Assembly (NCBI GenBank): GCA_009692505.1
Contig: SHZC01000006.1
Coordinates: 1,583 to 65,582 of the forward strand
Length of the DNA stretch: 64,000 nt
Reading direction: 5' to 3'
Origin: Myxococcales bacterium
GTDB taxonomy: Bacteria > Myxococcota_A > Bradymonadia > UBA7976 > UBA1532
The notes under the pieces were generated by a model that was not told the origin of the DNA, ran no database searches, and saw only the letters and a program-made list of their open reading frames with translations. Of this stretch, positions 20,756 to 30,645 are shown piece by piece (the stretch's first letter is position 1; each line of letters opens with the position of its first letter). Both the position numbers and the translations under genes were made by a program.

Positions 20756-22374
20756 GTCACGACCCCCACGCCGAGCCGCCGCTCCACCTGCCTCGACAAG
20801 AGGGACAAGGGGTAGCTCATGAGCAGGTACAAGACGCAGGTCATGGCGGCCATCTCCACGATCGCTTGGGTGCTCATGGCCAAGACGGAGAACCGCTTGG
20901 TCAGCTCGACGAGGGTGACCACGGAGCAGACCGAGGTGTCCTTGAACAACGCGATGAAGTCGTTGACGACGGGCGGGATCACGATGCGAACGGCCTGCGG
21001 CACGATGATCCGCCGAATCGCCTGGGCCTTGGACATGCCGAGCGACAAGGCCGCCTCCATCTGGCCGGGCGGCACGGACTGGAGCCCGGCGCGATAGATC
21101 TCGGCTTCGTAGGCTGAGTAGTTGATCGCCAGCCCCATGATCGCGGTCGTAAACGCCGGGATGTTGAGCCCGAGCTCCGGCAAGAGGAAGAAGATGAAGT
21201 AGAGCTGGAGCATGAGCGGCGTGCCGCGGATGAGCTCGACGTAGACGGTCAGGGGCACGCGCACATAGCCCGGCCCGTAGAGTCGCCCGATCGCCGCCGT
21301 GAGCCCGATGAGGATGGCTAGGGGGAAGGATATCAGAGCGAGGAGCACGGTGAGCCCCGCCGACTTCAGCAAGGTGAAGCCGTACTTCTCGACGACCTCG
21401 AAGCCGCGCACGCGCTGCACGGTGTCTTTGACCTCCTGGGAGGTCGGCAGCGGCGCGGCCTTCTCGACGGAGCGGACGGCCGAGTTGAGGTAGCCGTAAA
21501 ACTTGCCGTGCTCGGCGATCCCCAGAAGTGCCGCCTGCGGTTCGTCCCAGATGCCGTAGCTTCGGTAGATACGCTCAAGCCCGCCGTTGCGGATGAGCAG
21601 GATGATGGCCTCATTGAGCGCGGCGAGCAGGGCCGTCTCGCCTTTGCGGACGTACGCCACATAGTGACCGGGGGCGACGGGCGACCCCACGGCGCGCAGG
21701 TGGGGGAAGTTCGCGGCGTAGTACCGGGCGATCGGCGTGTCCTGGAGCGTGGCGTCGAGCTTGCCGTTCTCCACGTCGCGCATCGCGTCCGTGTTGCCGT
21801 CGTAGTTGATCGTCTCGCAGGTCTCGCCGAACTGCGACCTCATGTACTCCTCTGCGGCCGACCCCGTGAGCACGCCCACACGGCGGCGGGAGAGATCGGC
21901 GTTGGGGTTACGTAGTGCTTCGACGGAGGAGAGCGTCTCGCGGCTCTTGGCGTCGTCCCGGCCGAGGAGCTGAAGGCCGTAAACGAAGTAGGGGATGGTG
22001 GCGTCGAAGAGGTCTGCCCGCTCCGGCCGCCACTCGTAGCCGTTGAGCACGACGTGAACCTTGGAGGCCCGCAGGAGGTCGAGCTGCTTGTCCCACTGCC
22101 CCTGATAAAACTGAGGCTTCACATTCAGATACGAGGCGAGCTGCGCGGCGAGCTCCACCTCGAAGCCGGTCACCTGCTCGGGATCGTCGGGCCGCGGCAG
22201 GATGTAGGGGCCGCCGCCCTCCTGGTCCCCGCCCCAGATGAGGACACCCCCTGCGCGAAGCTCGGACAGCGCGTCGGCGGAGGCTGAGGTCGGGCTGCCC
22301 AGGATGAGGACGAGCCCGCCCATGGAGGCAATGAGCGAGGCCATGACAGAGGCGAGCACGGTCCGCATCGGCAC
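20752..22374 (-). CDS. Amino-acid ABC transporter, fused periplasmic substrate-binding and permease protein
   Basis: N-terminal family-3 solute-binding domain followed by a His/Glu/Gln/Arg/opine-type permease domain (EAA loop region SLGMSKAQAIRRIIVPQA). Confidence 0.85.
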   Translation of the reverse strand: MPMRTVLASVMASLIASMGGLVLILGSPTSASADALSELRAGGVLIWGGDQEGGGPYILPRPDDPEQVTGFEVELAAQLASYLNVKPQFYQGQWDKQLDLLRASKVHVVLNGYEWRPERADLFDATIPYFVYGLQLLGRDDAKSRETLSSVEALRNPNADLSRRRVGVLTGSAAEEYMRSQFGETCETINYDGNTDAMRDVENGKLDATLQDTPIARYYAANFPHLRAVGSPVAPGHYVAYVRKGETALLAALNEAIILLIRNGGLERIYRSYGIWDEPQAALLGIAEHGKFYGYLNSAVRSVEKAAPLPTSQEVKDTVQRVRGFEVVEKYGFTLLKSAGLTVLLALISFPLAILIGLTAAIGRLYGPGYVRVPLTVYVELIRGTPLMLQLYFIFFLLPELGLNIPAFTTAIMGLAINYSAYEAEIYRAGLQSVPPGQMEAALSLGMSKAQAIRRIIVPQAVRIVIPPVVNDFIALFKDTSVCSVVTLVELTKRFSVLAMSTQAIVEMAAMTCVLYLLMSYPLSLLSRQVERRLGVGVVT

Positions 22375-22390
22375 CCTCAGAGATCGGAGG

Positions 22391-22876
22391 CTACTCGGCC
22401 GAAGGGGCTAGCAAGGCGTCGAGGGCCGCGAGGGCGCGACGAAGCTCGATCATGCGCTTCTCGCCAATCTTCTCCGACAGCTCAGCTTCCATGGCTTCGA
22501 GCACGTCGAGGCCGGTGGAGACGGACTTTCGACCCCGCTTGCTGAAGCGAACGAGGCGGGCGCGGGCGTCTGCGGGATCATGCACCCGCTCGAGGAAGCC
22601 CATCTCGACGAGCTCGTCGACGAGCTGCCCGACGGCCTGCTTGGTCACGCCGAGGCGGCCGGCGAGGACCGAGGGGCGGGTGCCTTCGGCGTCGATGTGT
22701 GGGAGCAGCATCGTGTGGGCCGTTCGGAGGCCGCTCTCCTTGCTCGTGTCGCGCATACGTCCGATCGCTTCAGCGTTCAGGCGGCGCGAGACGCGGAAGA
22801 GCACCTGCAAGGCGCTCGGCGACTTGCGGGCGTTGGTCTCATCGGCTCTGGCTTCGGGGGTCTTCTTTTTCGACAT
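22391..22876 (-). CDS. MarR family transcriptional regulator
   Basis: Winged-helix region RLGVTKQAVGQLVDELVEMGFLERVHDPADARARLVRF typical of MarR; placed as the first gene of the ABC transporter operon. Confidence 0.8.
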   Translation of the reverse strand: MSKKKTPEARADETNARKSPSALQVLFRVSRRLNAEAIGRMRDTSKESGLRTAHTMLLPHIDAEGTRPSVLAGRLGVTKQAVGQLVDELVEMGFLERVHDPADARARLVRFSKRGRKSVSTGLDVLEAMEAELSEKIGEKRMIELRRALAALDALLAPSAE

Positions 22877-22907
22877 GGCGGCGCATTCTAGGGGTGGAAG
22901 TCCATTC

Positions 22908-22922
22908 GTCAATACTGTTGAC
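22908..22922. promoter_or_regulatory. Palindromic candidate MarR operator GTCAA-N5-TTGAC in divergent promoter
   Basis: Perfect 5-bp inverted repeat with a 5-nt spacer, centred in the 56-nt gap between the divergent marR and DUF4336-like genes. Confidence 0.35.
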
Positions 22923-22932
22923 TAACCAATTC

Positions 22933-23640
22933 ATGCTGACGCCCATCGCGAATGAAATCTGGGGGATTACGGCTGAAGCGCGACTGATGCCCGCCTTCTA
23001 CCTGCCCATTCGATGTGTGGTGATCCGCTTGGATGACGGCGGCCTGCTCATTCACAGCCCGCTTCGGTTCGACGAGGACACCGTTCGAGAGATTGAGGCG
23101 CTCGGGCCCGTGCGCTACATCGTCTCGCCCAATGCCTTCCACCACCTCTTCGCCAAAGCGGCGATCAAACGGTGGCCCGCGGCGTCTTACTTCGCGTCGA
23201 GCGCGCTCAAGACGAAACGTCCGGATCTGCGCCCCGAGGGCTTCCTGGGCGACGAGACTCAACCGCTGCGGTTCGCCGCCGAGGTCTACGCCTTGCCCGT
23301 CGACGGCCAGCCGAAGATCGCCGAGTGGGTCTTCTTCCATCGGGCCTCCAGAACGCTCATCTGCACGGACATGGTCTTCTGCATTCTCAAGACGCGCGGC
23401 TTTCTCGCCCGCCTCTATCTGCGCCTCGCCGGGGCTTATGGCCTGCTCGCCCAGACCCGCCTGGTCAGCCTCTTCACCTCGGACCGCAGCGCCGCCGCGC
23501 GATCTTACGAGGCGGTGCTCGAGCTGGACTTCGTTCGCGTCGTTCCGGCGCACGGGGAGGTCGTCGTCGAGGATGGAAGCGGCCCAGTGAAGCCCCGGAT
23601 TCGTCACGCCCTGCGCCGATATTTTAGTCAGGCTGCTTGA
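22933..23640 (+). CDS. Hypothetical protein, DUF4336-like
   Basis: 235-aa ORF divergent from marR; the ATG at 22933 lies inside the longer track ORF; no strong motif was recognised. Confidence 0.55.
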   Translation: MLTPIANEIWGITAEARLMPAFYLPIRCVVIRLDDGGLLIHSPLRFDEDTVREIEALGPVRYIVSPNAFHHLFAKAAIKRWPAASYFASSALKTKRPDLRPEGFLGDETQPLRFAAEVYALPVDGQPKIAEWVFFHRASRTLICTDMVFCILKTRGFLARLYLRLAGAYGLLAQTRLVSLFTSDRSAAARSYEAVLELDFVRVVPAHGEVVVEDGSGPVKPRIRHALRRYFSQAA

Positions 23641-23684
23641 CTGTCGCGCGATCCGATGCTCGGTGCTAACAATCAGACGCCCCG

Positions 23685-24554
23685 ATGTCCTCACGCCGCC
23701 GTCATCCCCCGAAGTCCGAAGAGGCCAGCCGAGCCGAGCGGGCCCTCGCCGACATCCCTGAGGCCTATCCTCGGCCCTTGCTGCAGGCGCTGCACCTGCT
23801 CACGCGAGACGGCGCGCTCAACGCCGACGCCCGGCGTAAGCTCAAGCAGATTGAGCACCTCCTTCGCACGCTGGATCCCGCGATCAGTGACGCCCTGATC
23901 CGCTTCCCCGAGCCCGTCATCGTCGACTGCGGCGCGGGCAAGTCGTCGCTCGGCCTCCTGCTCGCGGCGACCCGTCTGCGGCCGGCCGGTCGGGGTCGAG
24001 TGATCGCCGTCGAGAGTCGAGCTGAGCTCTGCGAACGTGGCCGGCTTGTGGCGCAGGCGTGTGAGCTGACGCAGATCGAGTTTCAGAACTGCAAGATCAC
24101 GGAGGTTCGCGAGCGCCTGCCGGAGCGCGTGCACCTCGTCACCGCGCTTCACGCTTGCGATACGGCGACCGACGAGGCGATCGCGCTGGCTCTGGCCGTA
24201 GAAGCGGACCATGTGGCGCTGGTGCCGTGCTGCCAAGCCGATCTCGCGCGTCAGCTGGCGGCGCTCGGGACCTCGGCTCAGTCGACCCCTCACACGGAGC
24301 TGCCCTCGCTCTACCGCCATCCCTGGCATCGACGGGAGTTCGGCTCGCATCTCACAAACGTCATGCGCGCGCTCACGCTCGAGGCCCACGGTTACCAAGT
24401 CACGGTCACGGAGCTCGCGGGCTTCGAGCACACCTTGAAGAACGAGCTCATCCTCGCCCGAAGGGTGCATCGCGTGAGCCACGAAGCGCGCGCCCGCCTC
24501 ACGGCGCTCGAGGACCTCTTCGGCGTGCGACTGCCCATCGGTCCGATGCCGTGA
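23685..24554 (+). CDS. Class I SAM-dependent methyltransferase (Methyltransf_32-like)
   Basis: Motif I VIVDCGAGKSSLG and the HACDTATD motif typical of the PF13679-type family; its stop overlaps the selB start. Confidence 0.65.
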   Translation: MSSRRRHPPKSEEASRAERALADIPEAYPRPLLQALHLLTRDGALNADARRKLKQIEHLLRTLDPAISDALIRFPEPVIVDCGAGKSSLGLLLAATRLRPAGRGRVIAVESRAELCERGRLVAQACELTQIEFQNCKITEVRERLPERVHLVTALHACDTATDEAIALALAVEADHVALVPCCQADLARQLAALGTSAQSTPHTELPSLYRHPWHRREFGSHLTNVMRALTLEAHGYQVTVTELAGFEHTLKNELILARRVHRVSHEARARLTALEDLFGVRLPIGPMP

Positions 24555-26425
24555 TCATCTGCACGGCGGGTCATGTCGATCACGGCAAGACGACGCTGGT
24601 GGCAGCCTTGACCGGCATCGACTGCGACCGCACCGCCGAGGAGAAGCGGAGGGGCATCACCATCGAGCTGGGGTTCGCGCCTTGCAGGGTGTCCCCGGAC
24701 GAGGTCATCTCCATCGTCGACGTGCCCGGCCACGAGCGGCTCGTGAGTACGATGCTCTCCGGTGCCGGGGGCGTCGAGGGCGTCTTGCTCGTGGTCTCTG
24801 CGGTCTCGGGCCCCATGCCTCAGACCCGAGAGCACCTCGCGGCCTGCGCGGCGTTGGGGCTCAGCCGCGGGGTCGTGGCGATGACCTTCGCGGACCGGGT
24901 GGAGTCTCCGGAGCTCGCGAGCCTCCTGCTTCGAGAGTCGCTCTTGGGCACCGTGCTCCAGGACGCGGAGATCGTGCCGGTGGATGCGAGGCGAGGCACG
25001 GGCGTCGAGTCGCTAAGGGCCGCGCTCGCCGCGCTCATCGAGGACAGTGGCGCGCTGGAGCTTTCTTCTCGCGCGCGCTCGCCGTTTGTCCTGCCCATCG
25101 ACCGCGTGTTCCCGGTCTCGGGCTTTGGCACGGTCGTCACGGGATCGCTCATTCAAGGGCAACTGCAAGTCGGTGATCTTGTGGTGCTCTCACCCGGGAC
25201 CGGTGCTGTCTCGCGCGTGCGCGGGCTGCACGTTCACGGGACTTCGGTGGACAGCGTCGGGCCGGGCACACGCGTCGCCGTCAACCTCAGCGATCTCGCC
25301 TGCCAGGACGTGCCCCGGTTCGCGCTCCTCTCGCCGCCGGGGGCCTTGGTCTGCGGCAAGACCTTCGACGCCGAGCTGAAATGGCTGCCCCATGCCGCGC
25401 AGGTCGGGCGGGCGTTTCGGACCTTGTCCCGGAGTCGTGGACTCACGCTGCACTTACACGCGGGTCGCGCCGTCGCCGAGGTCCGCGCCGATGTTGAGAT
25501 TCAGCCGGGAGAGACGGCGACGGGTCGGGTTCGCCTGGACCGGCCGCTGCCCCTCGTACCCGGTGCCCGCTTCGTGCTGCGCGGCCCACCCGACGCCCAC
25601 TTCGGCGGCGTGTTGGGGGGCGGGCGAATCCTCGACGCGAGGCCGTCTTCGCGGCGTTCGGCGGCGGCGCGAGAGGCGCTTCGATACGCCACGCCGACGC
25701 AGGCCATCGCGCAGCTGATCCTGGAGTCCGACCGCCGAGGGATTGACGATCTCGAGCTGCGACTTCGGTTAGGCCAGACCCCCGAGCTTCAGACCGAGGG
25801 CAAGGCCCCGCGTCGCTTCGCTGCGGGCGTCGTCACGGCGGCGCTCCGCTCATTAGTCGAGAAGGTGGACGCGGCTCACCTCGCTGAGCCCACCGAGCCC
25901 GGCCTGCTCGCGGCGAGCGTCGAGGCCTCCCCCCTCATGCGGCTGGCCCTGGAGCTCGCGCTGAGCGAGGGCGCGCTGATTCGCCGGGGTCTGCACCTCG
26001 CTCGGCCGACGCATATCCCCGCCGCCGAAGAGGCCCTCGATGAGCTGTCGAAGAGGGTGCTCCGCTCGGTGGGCAAGGCGGGCCTCAACGCGCTGTCCGA
26101 TAGCGAGGTCATGGACAGATACGGCGGGCGTGAGGTGCCGCTGAACGCCGCGCTGCGGTGGCTCGAGCGGCAGGGTCGGATCGTGAGGACGGGTGGCTTC
26201 GTCTTCCCGGCGCGTGAGCTTCAAGCGCTCCGAGAAGCGGTCGTCGTGGCCGTCGCTGCGGGTCAGGCGCTCGATGTCCTCTGGCTGAAGACACAAGCCA
26301 GCGTCTCCCGGAAGCACGCGATCCCCCTGCTGGAGTGGCTTGACGCGACAGGCGTGACGATCCGGCGTGGGGACGTTCGTTTGGCCGGCCCCAAGGCGGG
26401 GGTCGGAGCGCCCGGCGTCAGCTAG
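24551..26425 (+). CDS. selB: Selenocysteine-specific translation elongation factor SelB
   Basis: The N-terminus (M)IICTAGHVDHGKTTLVAALTG...DR..EEKRRGITIELGFA is near-identical in pattern to E. coli SelB; it has DVPGHE and the winged-helix C-terminal extension, with a GTG start inside the GTGA overlap. Confidence 0.85.
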   Translation: MIICTAGHVDHGKTTLVAALTGIDCDRTAEEKRRGITIELGFAPCRVSPDEVISIVDVPGHERLVSTMLSGAGGVEGVLLVVSAVSGPMPQTREHLAACAALGLSRGVVAMTFADRVESPELASLLLRESLLGTVLQDAEIVPVDARRGTGVESLRAALAALIEDSGALELSSRARSPFVLPIDRVFPVSGFGTVVTGSLIQGQLQVGDLVVLSPGTGAVSRVRGLHVHGTSVDSVGPGTRVAVNLSDLACQDVPRFALLSPPGALVCGKTFDAELKWLPHAAQVGRAFRTLSRSRGLTLHLHAGRAVAEVRADVEIQPGETATGRVRLDRPLPLVPGARFVLRGPPDAHFGGVLGGGRILDARPSSRRSAAAREALRYATPTQAIAQLILESDRRGIDDLELRLRLGQTPELQTEGKAPRRFAAGVVTAALRSLVEKVDAAHLAEPTEPGLLAASVEASPLMRLALELALSEGALIRRGLHLARPTHIPAAEEALDELSKRVLRSVGKAGLNALSDSEVMDRYGGREVPLNAALRWLERQGRIVRTGGFVFPARELQALREAVVVAVAAGQALDVLWLKTQASVSRKHAIPLLEWLDATGVTIRRGDVRLAGPKAGVGAPGVS

Positions 26426-27108
26426 CTTGGCACGGAGGGAAGCGGCCTCATCACGTAGACATCCTCGCGAACGACAGTCGCGCCGCGCTCGACGAGCTTC
26501 GGGGACTCCGAGGTGATGTCGACGGTCTCCACGCAGCGCACCTCGCGCCAGCCTCCGTATTGCTTCATGACCTCGTCTCGGGTGACCGAGAAAGGGGGCC
26601 CGCCGCGCTCGGTCTCGTCGAAGGCCAGCGAGAGGAGCAGGTAGACGGCGCTTGAAGGCAAGACCCGTCTCAGCGTCTCGACGTAGCGGGTCCGCAGTTC
26701 GGGGGGCAAGGCGATGAGGGCCGCGCGATCGTAGACGAGGGTCACTCGGTCGAACGCGAGGATCCCGACAAGATCGCCCTCCGGCAAGCTGAAGAGGTCT
26801 CCGCACGCGATCGACACCGGGCCGTGGGCATAGACCTCGAAGGCCCCGACGCGGCGCACCGTCGGACTGAGCCCACGTTCATCGAAGAACTGTCGAACGG
26901 CGATCTCGGACAACTCCACGCCGAGCACTTCGAAGCCCAGGCTCGCAAAGTAGTCAAGGTCCATTGACTTCCCGCAGAGTGGGACGAGCACGCGGCCGCC
27001 GTGCACGCCCGTAAACCCCAAGTTTCGCTCAAGGTAGGGGTTCACTGTCAGGCGATGAAAGCCGGTCTCGCCGTCGGCCCAGCGTCTCTCCCAGTATTTC
27101 GGCTCCAT
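26422..27108 (-). CDS. tpm: Thiopurine S-methyltransferase family protein (bacterial Tpm; selenium/tellurium methylation)
   Basis: YWERRWADGETGFH and RVLVPLCGKSMDLDYFASLGFEVLGVELSEIAV closely match bacterial TPMT; it is convergent with selB with a 4-nt overlap. Confidence 0.85.
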   Translation of the reverse strand: MEPKYWERRWADGETGFHRLTVNPYLERNLGFTGVHGGRVLVPLCGKSMDLDYFASLGFEVLGVELSEIAVRQFFDERGLSPTVRRVGAFEVYAHGPVSIACGDLFSLPEGDLVGILAFDRVTLVYDRAALIALPPELRTRYVETLRRVLPSSAVYLLLSLAFDETERGGPPFSVTRDEVMKQYGGWREVRCVETVDITSESPKLVERGATVVREDVYVMRPLPSVPS

Positions 27109-27153
27109 GGGTCGATATTGCCACGTCCGGGGAACCCAAGTAGCGTCATTTCC

Positions 27154-29676
27154 ATGCTCTCAAGGCCCCGGATGTCTTGCGCCCGATGGGCCATCGTCGT
27201 GCGGTTATTCTGGCCGTTGGGGCTCGTTGGCCTTCCGTCGCCGGACCCCGCCTTCGCTCAGGGACGCTATCAGCCTCAGGGTGCCGCCGAGCGTCTCTTC
27301 GAAGAGGGCCTCTCGTCTTGGAGGGAGGGCGACGGACTCCGGGCCAAGGGCGACGAGGCGGCCGCGCTCGCTGCTTACGAGGCGGCCGCCTCGGCTTTTG
27401 AGAGCGCCATCGCCGCCGATCCGGACTACGTCGACGCGTACCTTAAGCTCGGCCTCATGGCGTACACGCTTGGGCAGGAGCGGGCGTCCGAGCGGGCCAT
27501 CGTTCTGCTTGAGCGCGCCGCCGCTCGGCTCCCGGCGGAGCTCGCGTTGCAGTTCTGGTTGGGCAATAACCTCATGCGCGTCGGTCGGGGCGTTGCGGCG
27601 CTCGCTCCACTCCAACGCGCGGCCACGGAGACCGACGCGTTCCCCGAGGCCAACCTCGTGCTCGGGACGTTTCACTACAAGGCCGACGCCTTCGACCACG
27701 CCCTGCCCTTCCTTGAACGGTACGCGCTCTCGCGACCCAAGGACGTCGGCGCGCGGGGCACCCTCGGAAATGCCTACTTCAAGCTCGAGCGATACCAGCA
27801 GGCGATCATTGAGTTTGAGGCCGTCCGCAAGGACTCGCCGGACAACATCCAGGTGCTCATCAACCTCGGCATCTGCCACCACCAGCTCGGCGACTACGCG
27901 CGGGCCGTGGTCCTGCTCGAGGAGGCATTAGTCAAGGAGCCTGACCGTGAGTCGGTCGTCTTCAATCTCGCCCAGAGCTACTTCAAGTGGGGCAAATACG
28001 AGCCGGCCATCAAGCACCTCCGCACGGTCGTCGCGCTGAAGCCTCAGGGGTTCAACGGCCACTACTTCCTGGGCAGCGCGTTGCTCGAGGCCGGTCGTTC
28101 CACTGAGGCGCTCGCACCCCTGACGGAGGCGCAGCGGCTCAAGCCCACGGTGGCGATCGCGGCCTACAAGATGGGCCTCATCCACCTGCGGAGCGGCGCG
28201 CTGGATCAAGCCGAGCGCGCGTTGGAGCAAGCGTCTTCGAACGCCCCGAAGGACCCGTGGATCAAACACGCCCAGGGGACCGTCGCCCGTCGTCGAAACA
28301 AGCTCGACGTCGCCCTCGCCCTGCACCTCGCCGCGGTCGAAGCTGCGCCGGACAAAGCACGGCTCCACGCGGGGCTTGCTGTCACCTTGCATCTCATGGG
28401 CAAGACGTCTGAGGCGGAGACGGCGGCGAGTCGCGCCTTGACCTTGGTGCCCTCAGGCTCCGTGGCCGACTCCGAGGCTCTCAGCTACGTCGTTGAGGTC
28501 GCCGCCCTGGTCCTGACCGCCTCGGCCAAGGTGCTCCTCGAAAATGACCAGCTGCAAGAGGGAACGACCCGCTTGGAGCGCGTCGTCGAGCTGAAGGGTG
28601 GGACCCCGGACGCACTTTCGAATCTCGCGCTCGCGCTGATGGCTCAGGGCAAGGTCGACGCGGCGCTGGCCCTGTCGGCGAGAGCGCTCTTGGCCGCGCC
28701 ACAGGCAAGCGCGGTGCAGCGGGCGCACGCCCGGGTTCTTCTGGCCAAAGGCGCTTTCGCCGACGCTCGGCCGCTCGCCGAGCGGGCTCTGTCGAATCCA
28801 GAGACGGCTTCAGTAACCGGCGTCCAGACCTCCGCGATGGTGGGGCTCGCCGCCGGGGCCCAGCTCCTCGGCGGGGATGGGCAAGCGGCCGTGAAGACCT
28901 TGGAGCAGTCGCGAAAGACCGTCGGGGATGAGCGACGCTTGGCCCGCCTGCGAGCGACCGCGCACCTCGCCGTTGCGGCCACCGCGATGCGAACGCCGGA
29001 GGGGGAGGGGGCAGCCGAGTCTCTGAAGGCCGCGTTGAGAGACGACAGCGCGCTGGAACCCCTCCTTCGATCGCGCCTCAACTACCTCTCGCTCATCGCG
29101 GCGCTGCGCCGTGGGGATGCCGCTTCGGCGAACGTCCACCTCTCCCGAGTTGGAGACGCAAAGGCCTTGGCACTGGCACTCGGCGCGAGCCCGACCGCCG
29201 GGCATCTCGAGGTCCTCACCGCAATAACCCACCTCCTCTCCCGCCGCGAGGACAAGGCGGTCACCGCGCTCTCCGAGCTTCGGGGTGCTCGAAAGATCGG
29301 CAGCCCAGAGGCGCGAATCCTGCGTCGGGCATACGAACGCTTGGCGGATCGGGCGTTTCAGGCCGGTGCTTACGTGGACGCGCTCAAGGCGCTGCGCGGT
29401 GCTTCGGCGCTCGGTCGGGATCCCGTCGTCGACCACAACCTCTTGGTGCTCGAGCAACGCGGCGTGAAGAAGATCCGGGCCGGTGCCCAGTTTCGTTCGC
29501 TCACGGGCTCGGTCAACGAGGCGTGGTTCAACCTCGGCGTGGTCCTTGAGGCGCAGGGGCGGCAAGGTGAGGCCTACGCTGCCTTCATCCGCTACGACGA
29601 GCTGGGCGGCCCCTACACGGCCCGTGCTCGCGAGCTCATCGAGACCAAGACGCGCATCTTCGGGTTCAATCGATGA
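27154..29676 (+). CDS. Secreted TPR-repeat protein (about 840 aa)
   Basis: Signal peptide followed by about 20 TPR-like repeats (W-LG-Y-A-F-P patterns) throughout. Confidence 0.7.
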   Translation: MLSRPRMSCARWAIVVRLFWPLGLVGLPSPDPAFAQGRYQPQGAAERLFEEGLSSWREGDGLRAKGDEAAALAAYEAAASAFESAIAADPDYVDAYLKLGLMAYTLGQERASERAIVLLERAAARLPAELALQFWLGNNLMRVGRGVAALAPLQRAATETDAFPEANLVLGTFHYKADAFDHALPFLERYALSRPKDVGARGTLGNAYFKLERYQQAIIEFEAVRKDSPDNIQVLINLGICHHQLGDYARAVVLLEEALVKEPDRESVVFNLAQSYFKWGKYEPAIKHLRTVVALKPQGFNGHYFLGSALLEAGRSTEALAPLTEAQRLKPTVAIAAYKMGLIHLRSGALDQAERALEQASSNAPKDPWIKHAQGTVARRRNKLDVALALHLAAVEAAPDKARLHAGLAVTLHLMGKTSEAETAASRALTLVPSGSVADSEALSYVVEVAALVLTASAKVLLENDQLQEGTTRLERVVELKGGTPDALSNLALALMAQGKVDAALALSARALLAAPQASAVQRAHARVLLAKGAFADARPLAERALSNPETASVTGVQTSAMVGLAAGAQLLGGDGQAAVKTLEQSRKTVGDERRLARLRATAHLAVAATAMRTPEGEGAAESLKAALRDDSALEPLLRSRLNYLSLIAALRRGDAASANVHLSRVGDAKALALALGASPTAGHLEVLTAITHLLSRREDKAVTALSELRGARKIGSPEARILRRAYERLADRAFQAGAYVDALKALRGASALGRDPVVDHNLLVLEQRGVKKIRAGAQFRSLTGSVNEAWFNLGVVLEAQGRQGEAYAAFIRYDELGGPYTARARELIETKTRIFGFNR

Positions 29677-30638
29677 GGCTCCTGAAACGCCTGGGCCTCG
29701 CGCTCTTCGCTGTATTCTTCGCCTTGAGCGCGCATGCCCAGAGCGGCGCTCCGGCTCGCGAAACACCCTCCGTCGTTGGGGTCTACCTGCCTTCCGTCTC
29801 GTTTGAGGACTCGCTCTCGCGGGCACGTTTTGCCGAGGGGCTCGCCGCCTCGCTCCAGGCCTCGACCGGGTCGCCCTTTCGAGGGCGCGCGTTCGCCGCA
29901 GCCGCCGAGTTTCAGGCGCAGGTCGCGACCGGTGGTCTGCACTTCGCGGTCGCCGACGCGGCGTTCGTTCTTCAGGGCGCTTCCTTCAGGCCCCTCGCTC
30001 AGGCCCATCTCGGCGGCAACCCCTCGCGTCCGATGGTCCTCGTCGTGGACAACGCAGAGCTTGGCCGCACGATCGGCGACCTCGCGGGCCGGTCGCTTCT
30101 GACCTTCGACATGGGGGCGCGCGAAGACCCGTTCATCAAGAACTTCGTCTTCCAAGGCCAGATCGGCGTCGACTACTTCAAGCGTCAGAAGAGCGTGCGC
30201 GACGTGCAAGCCGCCCTGGCGCACGTGAGGCTCGGCAAGGCGCAGGCGACGCTCGCGTTTGAGGGCGGGGGCGGCGGGCTGCGAGTGGCCTTCAAGAGCC
30301 GACCGGCGCCGCTCCCGATCTTCGCCTTGTGCACCGACACGGTGGACGCCGGTCTGCTCTCCCGCGTGAAGACGGCGGTCGTCTCTCTGTCCGCCCCATC
30401 CCCGGCTTTCGAGGGCTTCGGTCCCTACAACGTCAACGCGAGCGCGAACTCCGCGTTGCGCTCGGCGTTGGCCTCAGGCGTGGGGGGCGGCGGCACCGAC
30501 CTCGTCTTCGCGGCCCCAAACTCGACCCTGCCGACCGTGAACAGCCAAGCCGAGGCCACGGTGGCCCCGACCGCCCTGGGCCTGCCGACGGCCGCCGAGC
30601 TGCTGACTCTGCCCGCGCCGCCCCCGGACGTCTTCTAG
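29673..30638 (+). CDS. Periplasmic PhnD/SsuA-like substrate-binding-fold protein
   Basis: Signal peptide MRLLKRLGLALFAVFFALSAHA; its start overlaps the stop of the TPR gene (ATGA); the family assignment is tentative. Confidence 0.5.
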   Translation: MRLLKRLGLALFAVFFALSAHAQSGAPARETPSVVGVYLPSVSFEDSLSRARFAEGLAASLQASTGSPFRGRAFAAAAEFQAQVATGGLHFAVADAAFVLQGASFRPLAQAHLGGNPSRPMVLVVDNAELGRTIGDLAGRSLLTFDMGAREDPFIKNFVFQGQIGVDYFKRQKSVRDVQAALAHVRLGKAQATLAFEGGGGGLRVAFKSRPAPLPIFALCTDTVDAGLLSRVKTAVVSLSAPSPAFEGFGPYNVNASANSALRSALASGVGGGGTDLVFAAPNSTLPTVNSQAEATVAPTALGLPTAAELLTLPAPPPDVF

Positions 30639-30645
30639 TGCGATC

